Shown here: in pieces, positions 1 through 8,962 of the stretch
Layout of the letters: every line of letters starts with the position of its first letter
Numbering within the stretch: the stretch's first letter is position 1
IMG/VR virus record: IMGVR_UViG_3300033978_000724
Location: 1 to 64,000 of that record
Reading direction: 5' to 3' (one strand)
Source: a virus
Length of the DNA: 64,000 nucleotides
Made by a program: the position numbers and the translations under genes
The notes under the pieces: model-generated
Told to the model about the DNA's origin: nothing
Seen by the model: the letters and a program-made list of their open reading frames with translations, nothing else
Database searches by the model: none

Positions 1-74
1 GTGAGGTGTTACTATGTTTTTATGTTCTCGAAAGAGAATTAAATTAGTACCAATAAGCACGAATAAGGAACATT

Positions 75-1067
75 ATGAACACAGCATTATTAGACCAGTT
101 TGTTTCTCACACGACCGCCTCAACAGAGATACCTTATTGTCAGGTTATTTCTCCGCCAAACCTAAAGCCCGCCGAATTAGAGAAATGGGCAAAAAAAGAC
201 GACGCAAAAATAGGCTTTTTCATCAAAGCATCAGAGGCCGAAAAAGCCGGGTTCGAGCCGGATGATTCGTGGGAAGCATTTGAGGCATCTTTGGGAGATG
301 GAACAGAAGTAGGATTTATCTGTGCCAATCCTAAGTTTGTAATCGTCCACAAGTCTCAGAGGGAAGTTCAATTCAGACCTACTCCAGAGGATCGGTTTCA
401 ATTCGTAGGGCTTGCATGGGAAAACGGTGCTGAGACCGATCACTTAAGATCGGCGGTTGCTGACGGCAACAAACTTTATAAAATAGTTACACGCTATTTG
501 ATTTTATTCTTGGGAGCAGACGGTCAACCCTTGCACACCACTCCGATCCAGTACACAGCCAAGGGTGCGTTTGCTGGTAGTCTTTATGCCGAAACGACTG
601 AGTTATATAAACAACTTTCTAAGGTTTACTTTGCCAGATTAAAGATGGCAGGAAAACAAGCGACTGGAGGGACGCTATCACCTTATGCTTTGGCTTTTGC
701 TAAGGTTGGTATTAAGATTGGTTTCACACGAAATAAACCAGCAGAATCTCCCTTCTGTGTACCAGTAGAGATTGATTTTCCTACGGTTGATAATGTAGGG
801 GTTGATTTAGAAATAAGTCGTAAGAAGTGGAATAGAAATATGCTTTTACATGGAGTTAGCTTAGAGGATGCCATCGTCAATATGGAGTCAGAAGCGGGTC
901 AACTCATCAAAGAATGGTGGAATCAATACAAAGATTTTTCTTTACCACGCAAAGACCGTGTTGCTCCAGTAGAGGAAATAGTGCCAACACCAGTAGAAGA
1001 AAATCCATTCCCCTCTATCCCATCTGTAGCCGATGGATGGCCAGAGGAGAACGAACCGCCTTTCTAA
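75..1067 (+). CDS. DUF5895-like cyanobacterial mobile-element protein; possible ssDNA-binding/annealing protein
   Basis: RYLILFLGADGQPLHTTPIQYTAKG segment recalls DUF5895; acidic Pro-rich tail ending EENEPPF resembles an SSB C-terminus; AAGGA RBS. Confidence 0.6.
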   Translation: MNTALLDQFVSHTTASTEIPYCQVISPPNLKPAELEKWAKKDDAKIGFFIKASEAEKAGFEPDDSWEAFEASLGDGTEVGFICANPKFVIVHKSQREVQFRPTPEDRFQFVGLAWENGAETDHLRSAVADGNKLYKIVTRYLILFLGADGQPLHTTPIQYTAKGAFAGSLYAETTELYKQLSKVYFARLKMAGKQATGGTLSPYALAFAKVGIKIGFTRNKPAESPFCVPVEIDFPTVDNVGVDLEISRKKWNRNMLLHGVSLEDAIVNMESEAGQLIKEWWNQYKDFSLPRKDRVAPVEEIVPTPVEENPFPSIPSVADGWPEENEPPF

Positions 1068-1089
1068 CCACCAAATAAATCCCTAAACA

Positions 1090-1125
1090 TCAAAACCCGG
1101 TAGAAATAAATCTACCGGGTTTTGA
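1090..1125. terminator. Bidirectional intrinsic terminator
   Basis: Perfect 15-bp inverted repeat TCAAAACCCGGTAGA-aataaa-TCTACCGGGTTTTGA between convergent genes. Confidence 0.85.
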
Positions 1126-1192
1126 CTTCTGCACACACATACAAAGGACTTTGAAGCGATGGCATTATTTCGATGATAACACATTAGGCCGA

Positions 1193-1795
1193 TCAATCAA
1201 ACAAATTAAGAAACGGGTCAATTACATTATTTAATACCCATCGAGACTTAGAGTTAACCCCTTTCACTCCAAGGTTTCGCCACTTCGCCTCTGAACCTGG
1301 ACTGATTTTAATCCTGATAGATGCGGATGCAATCTCTCCAGGGATGGAGCAAATAGGATAATCAAAAGTATCAACGTCCAATTTTTCTATCTCTGAATCA
1401 ATTAATTTCCACAAAACAACCTTTGCCCCTGCTGATAATTTATTATACCTATCCTTAATAGATGGACGGCCATCTAAATATTTATACGTGGCAACGCAAG
1501 CCGACACCCAATCAGACGGGACATCAAACTGAGATAACTGAGTAACCCCAAAGGACTTTTCAGCCCGTTGATACCTAATACCTTTTTTGGACACATATAT
1601 TTTATTTCCACATCTATCTAATCCTTCATCCATTTTCTCTAGCCAATCTTTCATAGTGACTTGAGTTACACCATATTTCTCAGCCAAAGCCTTCGTCGTG
1701 AAAAAAGTTAATTTACCCGCTTTTTTGTCCAGATATATTCTCTGGAATAAATCATCACTTTCCTTTTTAGTCCTTCGCTTAGTCATTACCTGCAT
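1193..1795 (-). CDS. Hypothetical protein with N-terminal HTH-like motif
   Basis: TTKALAEKYGVTQVTMKDWL resembles an HTH; ACAAAGGAC RBS upstream. Confidence 0.55.
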   Translation of the reverse strand: MQVMTKRRTKKESDDLFQRIYLDKKAGKLTFFTTKALAEKYGVTQVTMKDWLEKMDEGLDRCGNKIYVSKKGIRYQRAEKSFGVTQLSQFDVPSDWVSACVATYKYLDGRPSIKDRYNKLSAGAKVVLWKLIDSEIEKLDVDTFDYPICSIPGEIASASIRIKISPGSEAKWRNLGVKGVNSKSRWVLNNVIDPFLNLFD

Positions 1796-1936
1796 AGTGT
1801 CCTTTGTATGTTTATTTTTATCCTACCACCAATCTTTATTTGGACCACATTTTTGACATTAAAATGACTGACTCTATATTTTATTTACTTGTTAGGTGTT
1901 ATAATAACTCTTGTAACATTTTACAAAGGACAACAT

Positions 1937-2218
1937 ATGACAACAGAAGTTTTAAGTAAACTGGAATCAGTTCAACGGGACTGCGAAAAGTTTGATGAGT
2001 TATTATCTGGTTTGGACTGCCAGACGGTAGCATTGATCATTGCCCGCACCCATGGGCAGAAGGTGACAATCGTAGGACGAAAACCATTGGCATTATTAGC
2101 TCTTTGGTCAGAGTCGGATGCTTATCTCAAAAAAATATTTAATGAGTGTCTCGCTCTTAAGGTATGTAACGGCAATCATCGTATGCCTTTATATAAAGCG
2201 GGGCAAGGCCATGTTTAG
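1937..2218 (+). CDS. Hypothetical protein (start moved to ATG 1937)
   Basis: ACAAAGGAC at 1923-1931 precedes ATG 1937. Confidence 0.65.
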   Translation: MTTEVLSKLESVQRDCEKFDELLSGLDCQTVALIIARTHGQKVTIVGRKPLALLALWSESDAYLKKIFNECLALKVCNGNHRMPLYKAGQGHV

Positions 2219-2284
2219 CTTTGGTTGTGACGACAGAGGGGAAAAGCGTTGCATCCCTAGTCAAACAGGGATGAGGATTTAAAT

Positions 2285-2653
2285 ATGTTTAGTTTAGTCG
2301 CTCCATCACCCCAAAGATTTTATTTCGGGTGTGATGAATTAGGCAAAAAAGCCTCTGAATTAGCAGAGGTGATTGAGTCCTTGATCGGGCGGGATAAGTT
2401 AGTTTTCTATCGGTCCCGTTATAGTGAGGTTAGGTTCACGGATTTTAATAAATCGTTTGAGTTGCATCTGTACGAAATCACGGATAAAACGCAGATAGAT
2501 CAATTGATGCCTTGTGATAACGACTGTACTTCACTATTCTATTTGACGGATGTGGAGTCTTTTCTAAAGAGAACTAAATCTGACTCCGATGAGATGGAAT
2601 CGCTGTTGTCTGGATTGGAGATATTCACCGATTTCTTTGACAATGAATACTAA
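2285..2653 (+). CDS. Hypothetical protein
   Basis: 122-aa ORF with GAGGA RBS, followed by a terminator. Confidence 0.65.
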   Translation: MFSLVAPSPQRFYFGCDELGKKASELAEVIESLIGRDKLVFYRSRYSEVRFTDFNKSFELHLYEITDKTQIDQLMPCDNDCTSLFYLTDVESFLKRTKSDSDEMESLLSGLEIFTDFFDNEY

Positions 2654-2664
2654 ATAATCCCCTA

Positions 2665-2702
2665 AAAAAGAACCCTCTGATTTGTATCAGAGGGTTCTTT
2701 TT
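2665..2702. terminator. Bidirectional intrinsic terminator
   Basis: AAAAAGAACCCTCTGAT-ttgt-ATCAGAGGGTTCTTTTT inverted repeat between convergent genes. Confidence 0.85.
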
Positions 2703-3288
2703 ATTTCTGCCAGTTACTGACAACCTGTTTCATATAATTATTCCTATATGTCCATCCCCTTAAATGTTTCCATGCAGTAGGAGCGTTGGTATAAAAAGTT
2801 TGCTGGCAATTTAGCATACTCATCGCATCAGGTCGTTTCAAGCATCTAGCAGAAGTACCATTGATAATCATGTTGAAGTATGCCAGTTTTTCCGGACCAC
2901 CTAAATCCTTCGGGACTCTCAACCAGTAAGACTTATAGTATATTTCATAAACCTTTTTCTTCGACATAGTACATGGGTCCTTGTATCCGTATTCCCTAGC
3001 TCTACCAATCGTAATCCCCATGTATGTTCTGCCACCCCGGTCATGAGGATCGTTAGAACATTTATCGTCACCTTCCCACTTGATGATATGTGGCATAGCT
3101 CGGTTAAAGTCTGGATCATTAATACCCGTTTTGCTTGCGTCAACAGAGGTAGTAGAAGCAACAGCGACCGCTTTATTATGGCTAACATCCTTTGTTTCAC
3201 CTGGGGTTACAGAGCTGAATATAGAGTAAAAAATAATAAATTGTAAAGCTATTAAGATAAATTCTAGTCCGCAAAATTCTTTTTTCAT
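2701..3288 (-). CDS. Membrane-anchored glycoside hydrolase family 108 lysozyme
   Basis: IIKWEG..SNDPHDRGGRTYMGIT matches GH108 EGG..N.P.DRGG.T..GIT; C-terminal RGWTYR; N-terminal hydrophobic anchor; probable start MKKEF at 3288. Confidence 0.85.
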   Translation of the reverse strand: MKKEFCGLEFILIALQFIIFYSIFSSVTPGETKDVSHNKAVAVASTTSVDASKTGINDPDFNRAMPHIIKWEGDDKCSNDPHDRGGRTYMGITIGRAREYGYKDPCTMSKKKVYEIYYKSYWLRVPKDLGGPEKLAYFNMIINGTSARCLKRPDAMSMLNCQQTFYTNAPTAWKHLRGWTYRNNYMKQVVSNWQK

Positions 3289-3290
3289 AA

Positions 3291-3866
3291 TTAATACCAT
3301 CCCGGTAAAACTGTCAGTGGATTAACATTCTGTCCATTAACTTTAATTCCTATGTGTAAATGAGGTCCCGTGCTTCGCCCTGTCGTTCCTACCTTGGCTA
3401 TCACCTCACCTTGCCTTACTTTTTGCCCTTCCTTCACCAAAATACCGCCTGGCATAATGTGACAATATTGCACTAAGTACTTCCCTGAATGAACCTCGAC
3501 CGTATTACCACAAGCACTAATAAATCCTGTGGTTTTTACTACTCCAGAAAAGATAGATAAAATTGGTGTACCTTCGGCTGCACTTATGTCATGTCCGTCG
3601 TGGAATTGTTTTTTACCAGTAACTGAGTTTATTCTCCATCCATAACTAGTAGATTCACGTCCAGGCAATTCCATTTTTGCCAAAGGTAATATTGCTTTTT
3701 CGTTGGTTCTTTTGGCTTGGTTAGTAGTTGATGGCTGAGATTGGTTAGTGTCACCTAATATCAAACTTGCATTTCCCCACAACTGACCAACTAATACCAG
3801 ACACGATACTCCGATAAGAAGTTCTAACTTAAACTCAGTCCGATCATTATTGATTAATTTTTTCAT
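3291..3866 (-). CDS. Membrane-anchored M23 family peptidoglycan endopeptidase
   Basis: HDGHD (HxxxD), YCH and GRSTGPHLH (HxH) zinc motifs; N-terminal hydrophobic segment. Confidence 0.92.
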   Translation of the reverse strand: MKKLINNDRTEFKLELLIGVSCLVLVGQLWGNASLILGDTNQSQPSTTNQAKRTNEKAILPLAKMELPGRESTSYGWRINSVTGKKQFHDGHDISAAEGTPILSIFSGVVKTTGFISACGNTVEVHSGKYLVQYCHIMPGGILVKEGQKVRQGEVIAKVGTTGRSTGPHLHIGIKVNGQNVNPLTVLPGWY

Positions 3867-3869
3867 AGA

Positions 3870-4619
3870 TTACCTGCCTAAATCTTTAATTGAAATAATC
3901 GTGGTAGGAAATCTGAAACTTCTATCTTGCCTGTACGCTGGATCGGTGTAGATCGTTGCCATAAATTGTTCATGTCCTGATTGACTCACTAGGCAACCTT
4001 CAGACCAGTTCCTTACCGTTGTGCCAGCCCCCCGATGTTGATTCATGCCAAACAATCCATAATCAGGATGCCAACTTCTACCCTGGTCTTTTGTTCTCAT
4101 CACCGGAATACTGCCTACTTGTTGCAAAGCCCTCCTGCCTTTGTGATAACCTACAGCCCATGAGTTTAAGTATTGACCAGGATTCACGACGGGGTATCCT
4201 TTAGGATTAGGTGGATTATTCCAAGAGGGCTTCCCACCTTTGATTGTAGCAGGCGAATCATGCACTATTACCGGCTGATTATTTTTATAAGTAAGAAGTA
4301 ATCGGCGGTCGCTCCATTCGTTGATAGTTGATTCAAAGTTAGGATTAAAAACGTAAACTACATTTAATTCACCTGGTCCGGTCCTAATTTGAAAACCTTT
4401 CTTTTGCATCGCCGATACTAATATTGCGGGGTTTATCTTGCTGGAGACAGTTGTTTGTTGTGTCTCGCCAACTTGGCTGGCGGTTGTGGATTGAGATTGG
4501 TTAGCGTCACCTAATACCATTCCTTTATTTCCCCACAACTGCCCAGCCAAGAACAGACAAGATAATCCGATAAGGCATTCTAGTATGAATTCATATCGGT
4601 CATCGTTGAGCTGTTGCAT
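3870..4619 (-). CDS. Membrane-anchored putative peptidoglycan enzyme with YkuD/L,D-transpeptidase-like His...Cys motif
   Basis: FGMNQHRG...NWSEGC motif; N-terminus paralogous to that of the M23 protein; GGAG RBS before ATG 4619. Confidence 0.6.
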   Translation of the reverse strand: MQQLNDDRYEFILECLIGLSCLFLAGQLWGNKGMVLGDANQSQSTTASQVGETQQTTVSSKINPAILVSAMQKKGFQIRTGPGELNVVYVFNPNFESTINEWSDRRLLLTYKNNQPVIVHDSPATIKGGKPSWNNPPNPKGYPVVNPGQYLNSWAVGYHKGRRALQQVGSIPVMRTKDQGRSWHPDYGLFGMNQHRGAGTTVRNWSEGCLVSQSGHEQFMATIYTDPAYRQDRSFRFPTTIISIKDLGR

Positions 4620-4833
4620 ATCGCTCCAATAATGCTTTGATATTTCTGGCATTATTCCGATTCTGCCAACCACCGGGTAAAATTAATTTCACCTTTTTAG
4701 GATTAGTCGGTGATACCTCGAAATGGATAGATAAGTCGCCGCACTTTAATCCGTTATTTCCTATTGGTTCCGGGTTGTTGGTGATACCGGATGCTTTTAC
4801 TTTCTTTGCTAGGTCTTTTTGGATGTTATTCAT
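4600..4833 (-). CDS. Hypothetical protein
   Basis: Overlaps both neighbours in the operon. Confidence 0.55.
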   Translation of the reverse strand: MNNIQKDLAKKVKASGITNNPEPIGNNGLKCGDLSIHFEVSPTNPKKVKLILPGGWQNRNNARNIKALLERYATAQR

Positions 4834-5020
4834 TTGGTTTATTCTCTGGGTTTTTTATCGAACCTTTGTCGCAAAATGCCACGGCCCTCTTTACTTCTGC
4901 CTCGTTCTGAGGATTGGAAATATGACCAAAAAACTCTCCTGTATTATGGTAGAGAGGCCATGTATTCTGTTTCTCGTCAGAACAAACTGCGTAAGAATAT
5001 TTGCCTAAGATGGTTTTCAT
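4826..5020 (-). CDS. Hypothetical protein
   Basis: AGGAG RBS; tightly packed operon. Confidence 0.55.
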   Translation of the reverse strand: MKTILGKYSYAVCSDEKQNTWPLYHNTGEFFGHISNPQNEAEVKRAVAFCDKGSIKNPENKPNE

Positions 5021-5025
5021 TTGGT

Positions 5026-5217
5026 TTATTCTCCTATGTTTTTATTAGAAATATTTGATGTTACAGAGCCTGAAACGTGACCTCCTCTCACTATATTCCC
5101 TCTGAAATCGCCTGTTATATTCAGAGTGTTATCGTCTTGTTCTTGCTTCCTTTTTAGGATGTTTATTATCTCTTTAGCCTTGTTTATTAGTTCTTTTTGG
5201 TAGTTATCGTTATTCAT
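5026..5217 (-). CDS. Hypothetical protein
   Basis: ATGA overlap with the upstream gene; GGAG RBS. Confidence 0.55.
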   Translation of the reverse strand: MNNDNYQKELINKAKEIINILKRKQEQDDNTLNITGDFRGNIVRGGHVSGSVTSNISNKNIGE

Positions 5218-5513
5218 TCGTTTTGTTCTCCAATGTTGAATTTATATTGAATGCCCCACTTTCTATTTTTAGGCGAAGGACTAACACTCGGTGAAGGTTG
5301 TGGGGTTGGTGTTACCTGAACCGGAGGTGTTACTTTTTCTTTATCCTCTTTAGGTGTTGCCTGTTCTTTGGTTTGGATTACTTCCGGGGGGGCGATAGTA
5401 ACCTTTGGTAGGAACTTTAAAAACGGCAACCGAGGTCCTAATTGGGGGTGAAGCATTAAAACTATTGCTAGCGCTGTCAACGCCCCCAACATTTGGAATC
5501 CTGATCGGATCAT
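5214..5513 (-). CDS. Small membrane protein with Pro-rich linker
   Basis: Hydrophobic N-terminus LGALTALAIVLML; PTPQPSPSVSPSP; ATGA overlaps at both ends. Confidence 0.65.
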   Translation of the reverse strand: MIRSGFQMLGALTALAIVLMLHPQLGPRLPFLKFLPKVTIAPPEVIQTKEQATPKEDKEKVTPPVQVTPTPQPSPSVSPSPKNRKWGIQYKFNIGEQNE

Positions 5514-5779
5514 TCGTTTCCTGGATTTAATTCATCTAATGCTATTGCTTCTGGTAAAGGACCCCCGACGTTACCAGGAACAGAATAACGACCTAATTCA
5601 GGAGCGACTAGACGACTACCTCCACTCACAGCAATTAAAGGGACCTCTCCAAATGCTTTAAATGTGATCCCTACGCCGGCTAAAGCCTTATTAATAGGAC
5701 CGGAAAAGATATTGTAAATAGTACAACAAAAGAAAAAGATTGCCCAGTGCATAGGGTTTCCCCAATCAAAACTTCTCAT
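5510..5779 (-). CDS. Small membrane protein
   Basis: WAIFFFCCTIYNIF hydrophobic helix; starts 2 bp after the ATPase stop. Confidence 0.6.
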   Translation of the reverse strand: MRSFDWGNPMHWAIFFFCCTIYNIFSGPINKALAGVGITFKAFGEVPLIAVSGGSRLVAPELGRYSVPGNVGGPLPEAIALDELNPGNE

Positions 5780-5781
5780 TT

Positions 5782-7083
5782 TTATACCGCACTAATTTGA
5801 TTTAGATAACTTTGAATTTTTTTGAATCTTGGTGTTCCCCTGCGGACTTTAGGGGTTACACTCTCGGCAATCTCGGATGCACTGATGTTTTCAGTTTTAG
5901 CCCGCTCCAATAATTGCCAGTGTTCGATTGACCACTCTTGCCACCAAACTTCTGCGTCATCAACCTGAATATTTATCTGTGAAGATAAATCAGGCATATT
6001 GATCGCCCGGTTGGCTCCGTTAATCTGAATTAACCCGGCCCTTTGTTTGTCTTTGATTAGGTTAATAAAGTCGTTTTTAACTTCATCCCGATCTGTTATG
6101 TCTAAGTAGCCAAATTGTCTGCTATTGGGTAAGTCTTTGTAACCTAACCACAACTTGGAAGTTTGAGCGTTGGATGCCATAGGTAAGTTGGATGTTTTGA
6201 AATCATAAGATTGCATTCCTAATACCACTTTCATCTTTAACGCCCGTCCCTGCTGGAGCAATAACTGCACTTTGGGGACGATATTGTATTTAAGCTCCTC
6301 TTGTAGATCAGACTGAAGACTGTTAAACTCATCAATCACAATTAACATGGGATTAAATTCTAGGTAATCTACTTCGTTTTTTACGGCATCACGACAGATT
6401 TGTAATCGTTTCTTTAGTTCGTCATGGATCGCATCCATTGACTCGGCGATGTCAGATAAACTTGCCTTCCCATAATTCTTAGCTAGTCCTTTCCAGTTGT
6501 TAGGTTTTCCACTTGAATCAGGCTTACCAATATTTGAGTCTAAAATAATCAACTCACCATTAGGATTCTGGTCTAGCCAAAGAGAGATGACAAATTGCAT
6601 CACGGTAGTTTTACCACAACCAGAATTGCCTGCTACCGACTGATGGGGCGTTTCTAACCACTCCAAAATATCTTTATCGGTGGCTCTTAGTTTTTCACTC
6701 CTAGATGTGACTTTTAATTTTCTAGGGGCGAAGACTGCACCGGCTTCATCTTCAGTTGATTCAGAGGGTAATTCATCGGGTAATAATTCTTTTGGCTCGT
6801 CGGGTTCCTTTTCTTCTTTATAGGCTTTTTCTATGAGTGGAGATAACAATACTCCAACATTAACCAAACCTAAAACCAAACCTAATGTCTGGAATCCTCT
6901 ATAAGGGAAACCTCTCTGAATGCTTAGGTTATACCCTAGTTGTCCATTGGAAAAGTCAGGCTTAATAAACTTTTTTCCAACTTCGACAAAATCAACTGAT
7001 GGTAACAGTTGGCAACCTAAACCCAACGTGATAGCAGACACCGATCCAATATTATTTAGTAGTTTCTTTACTGGTATCTCCAT
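5782..7083 (-). CDS. Membrane-anchored FtsK/SpoIIIE/TraB-like (FtsK-HerA superfamily) ATPase
   Basis: Two N-terminal hydrophobic segments; HQSVAGNSGCGKTT Walker A; LIVIDEFNSL Walker B; LLQQGRALKMKVVLGMQ arginine-finger/Gln motif. Confidence 0.82.
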   Translation of the reverse strand: MEIPVKKLLNNIGSVSAITLGLGCQLLPSVDFVEVGKKFIKPDFSNGQLGYNLSIQRGFPYRGFQTLGLVLGLVNVGVLLSPLIEKAYKEEKEPDEPKELLPDELPSESTEDEAGAVFAPRKLKVTSRSEKLRATDKDILEWLETPHQSVAGNSGCGKTTVMQFVISLWLDQNPNGELIILDSNIGKPDSSGKPNNWKGLAKNYGKASLSDIAESMDAIHDELKKRLQICRDAVKNEVDYLEFNPMLIVIDEFNSLQSDLQEELKYNIVPKVQLLLQQGRALKMKVVLGMQSYDFKTSNLPMASNAQTSKLWLGYKDLPNSRQFGYLDITDRDEVKNDFINLIKDKQRAGLIQINGANRAINMPDLSSQINIQVDDAEVWWQEWSIEHWQLLERAKTENISASEIAESVTPKVRRGTPRFKKIQSYLNQISAV

Positions 7084-7858
7084 CTGTCCCTAATTCCTTA
7101 ATTGCTTCTTTTGTGTCATCTTTTAGGTTTTGCTCGGTCTCGACCTGTAACCGATTTTTTTCGATAGATTCCCATAATTGTCTTTGGGTTTCCATCTTTA
7201 GTTCAACGTCTAAATTGGCTGATTGATCAAGCAATTTACCGACCGACACCCTAGATACTAATACTTCAGGTGAAATATATTCTGATGGCGTATCACGGAT
7301 AAACTCTAATGCCAATACAACTGCTTTTAAATCTATAACCAAAGCTCTTGCTTTCTCAGCGTCTTCAGCTTTACCCGTATATTCGCCTCCTAGTCCTGAC
7401 ACAGAGTTTTTCGACCTAGACAATAACTCTTGTTTCATTTTTTCTCTCATCGTTGCTAGGTCCTGGTTTAACCAGTATTGCAACGTTTTTCCTTTGGATG
7501 ATACTGAGTTCATCGCTTTACCTAATAAGAAATTTCTTCTTGATAGGACGGCATAAGTAATCTGTTTATCTAATTCCTCGTTTAATAGAGTTATTGTGGC
7601 TGCTACTTTATCTGTTTCTTCTGGTACAGGTTCGGGTGATTCTTCCGGTACAGGACTAGCACTAACATCTGGTTTTTCTATCTCTCCAGGTACATTATTT
7701 AAAAACTTATTATTAGTAGAGGGATTTTTAAATAAATAAAATAAACCAAATACTAATACATTTAAACCAATAAACCCGCATAACAGAATAACCTTAGACT
7801 TCTTACCGAAAACAACTTTTACGGCTTTACCAGGCAACGCACTATGTTCTGATGTCAT
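7052..7858 (-). CDS. Bitopic membrane protein with Pro/Glu linker and coiled coils
   Basis: VILLCGFIGLNVLVFGLFYLF TM helix, then SPVPEESPEPVPEE and a helical region; probable ATG 7858. Confidence 0.7.
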   Translation of the reverse strand: MTSEHSALPGKAVKVVFGKKSKVILLCGFIGLNVLVFGLFYLFKNPSTNNKFLNNVPGEIEKPDVSASPVPEESPEPVPEETDKVAATITLLNEELDKQITYAVLSRRNFLLGKAMNSVSSKGKTLQYWLNQDLATMREKMKQELLSRSKNSVSGLGGEYTGKAEDAEKARALVIDLKAVVLALEFIRDTPSEYISPEVLVSRVSVGKLLDQSANLDVELKMETQRQLWESIEKNRLQVETEQNLKDDTKEAIKELGTDGDTSKETTK

Positions 7859-7973
7859 TTTGCACAACCCTCACTGCCGTTATATGTGCATCGTGCAATC
7901 TTCTATCTTCCCCCGGTTTAGGCGATTCGGGTACAGGAGGATTCAATAGTATTAAAAGAGCTAAAATAAGCAT
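7842..7973 (-). CDS. Unannotated 43-aa peptide with signal-like N-terminus
   Basis: MLILALLILLNPPVPESPKPGEDRRLHDAHITAVRVVQNDIRT; fills the operon gap and overlaps both neighbours; GAGGTG upstream. Confidence 0.55.
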   Translation of the reverse strand: MLILALLILLNPPVPESPKPGEDRRLHDAHITAVRVVQNDIRT

Positions 7974-8161
7974 GGCATAATCACCTCACATTTATAGTTA
8001 TTTTGGAATACTTCTTCTGCTGTAGGGACAGATAAACGGATGATATTCACCGCTTTTGCTACTTCTTTTAATCGTCCAAAAATATAGTCAATCATTTCAA
8101 TTTCCTCTTCTATTAATTCATTTTGTGGTGGGAGTAGATGCTTTGCTATTTCATCTAACAA
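7961..8161 (-). CDS. Hypothetical protein
   Basis: ORF within the operon; start codon uncertain. Confidence 0.5.
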   Translation of the reverse strand: MLDEIAKHLLPPQNELIEEEIEMIDYIFGRLKEVAKAVNIIRLSVPTAEEVFQNNYKCEVIMPCLF

Positions 8162-8175
8162 AGCATCTATGGTTT

Positions 8176-8700
8176 CTATTTGATGGATGGTAATAGGCTG
8201 GCAATCGCTCCTACAGGGGTGATCTGCGGGAGGTCCTGGATAAAATTTTCAGTTGCCTGGATTTGGCTGTTGACCTGGTTTTGAATCTCAGTCAACCGAT
8301 GAGCTATACCTCTTACATAAAGTGATGTAAAATCAACTTGATCTTGAGCCATTGTCTTAGCGAACTTTGAGACGAATTTAGCAGACGCTAGGTGTGCCAA
8401 GGATTCTGCATCATTCTCAACGGAATCAAATAAATTGTTTATCGCCTGAGTGGATTGCATCCCAGAAGCAGCGATGGTTTGCTCTAATCCTGCTGGCTGG
8501 CTTTTCTCTTGTTTAGCCTCTGGTTTTTGTTGGGGTGGTAAAGCTACGGATTCCTTAGCCTCGTTGATTTTGTTTATCACTTGTTCAGCTAAGTTATCGT
8601 CAACATTTTCACCCTGAAAAGGGATGTTTAATGCTTGTAATATCTGTTTTGTATCGGTGTTAGACTTGCCGATCTGTTTACCCAAATCTGTTATTTTCAC
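8176..8700 (-). CDS. Hypothetical protein, N-terminal HTH-like segment plus helical region
   Basis: MKITDLGKQIGKSNTDTKQILQALNI; GAGG RBS before GTG. Confidence 0.6.
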   Translation of the reverse strand: MKITDLGKQIGKSNTDTKQILQALNIPFQGENVDDNLAEQVINKINEAKESVALPPQQKPEAKQEKSQPAGLEQTIAASGMQSTQAINNLFDSVENDAESLAHLASAKFVSKFAKTMAQDQVDFTSLYVRGIAHRLTEIQNQVNSQIQATENFIQDLPQITPVGAIASLLPSIK

Positions 8701-8962
8701 TTTGAAATACCTCTATTGTTAATAAATGTTTATTCTTGGAAAGATAGTCATAAACCCTGGAACCCCTCAAACCCTTGCTATATAATTGTTTTAGCTTCTT
8801 TAAGCACCACAATTGATATTCTGTAATTGGTTGTCTGGCTCCCCCTCTTGCCTCGGCATAAGCCGGTATGGATAAAGTAAGTATCTGGTCATACCGTCTT
8901 AATGTTTTCTCTGATATTCCAATTAGTTTTTCAGCTTTATTTCTAGCGATGAAACCTATCAA
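8678..8962 (-). CDS. Putative MerR/excisionase-like HTH DNA-binding protein
   Basis: IARNKAEKLIGISEKTLRRYD; first gene of the operon; CAAAGGAT RBS. Confidence 0.55.
   Translation of the reverse strand: MIGFIARNKAEKLIGISEKTLRRYDQILTLSIPAYAEARGGARQPITEYQLWCLKKLKQLYSKGLRGSRVYDYLSKNKHLLTIEVFQSENNRFG

Noticed and set aside
5782-7083. ATPase as the genome-packaging motor or a VirB4/T4SS component
   Set aside because: A canonical TerL and portal are present; the protein is too short for VirB4 and no other T4SS or relaxase genes are recognisable
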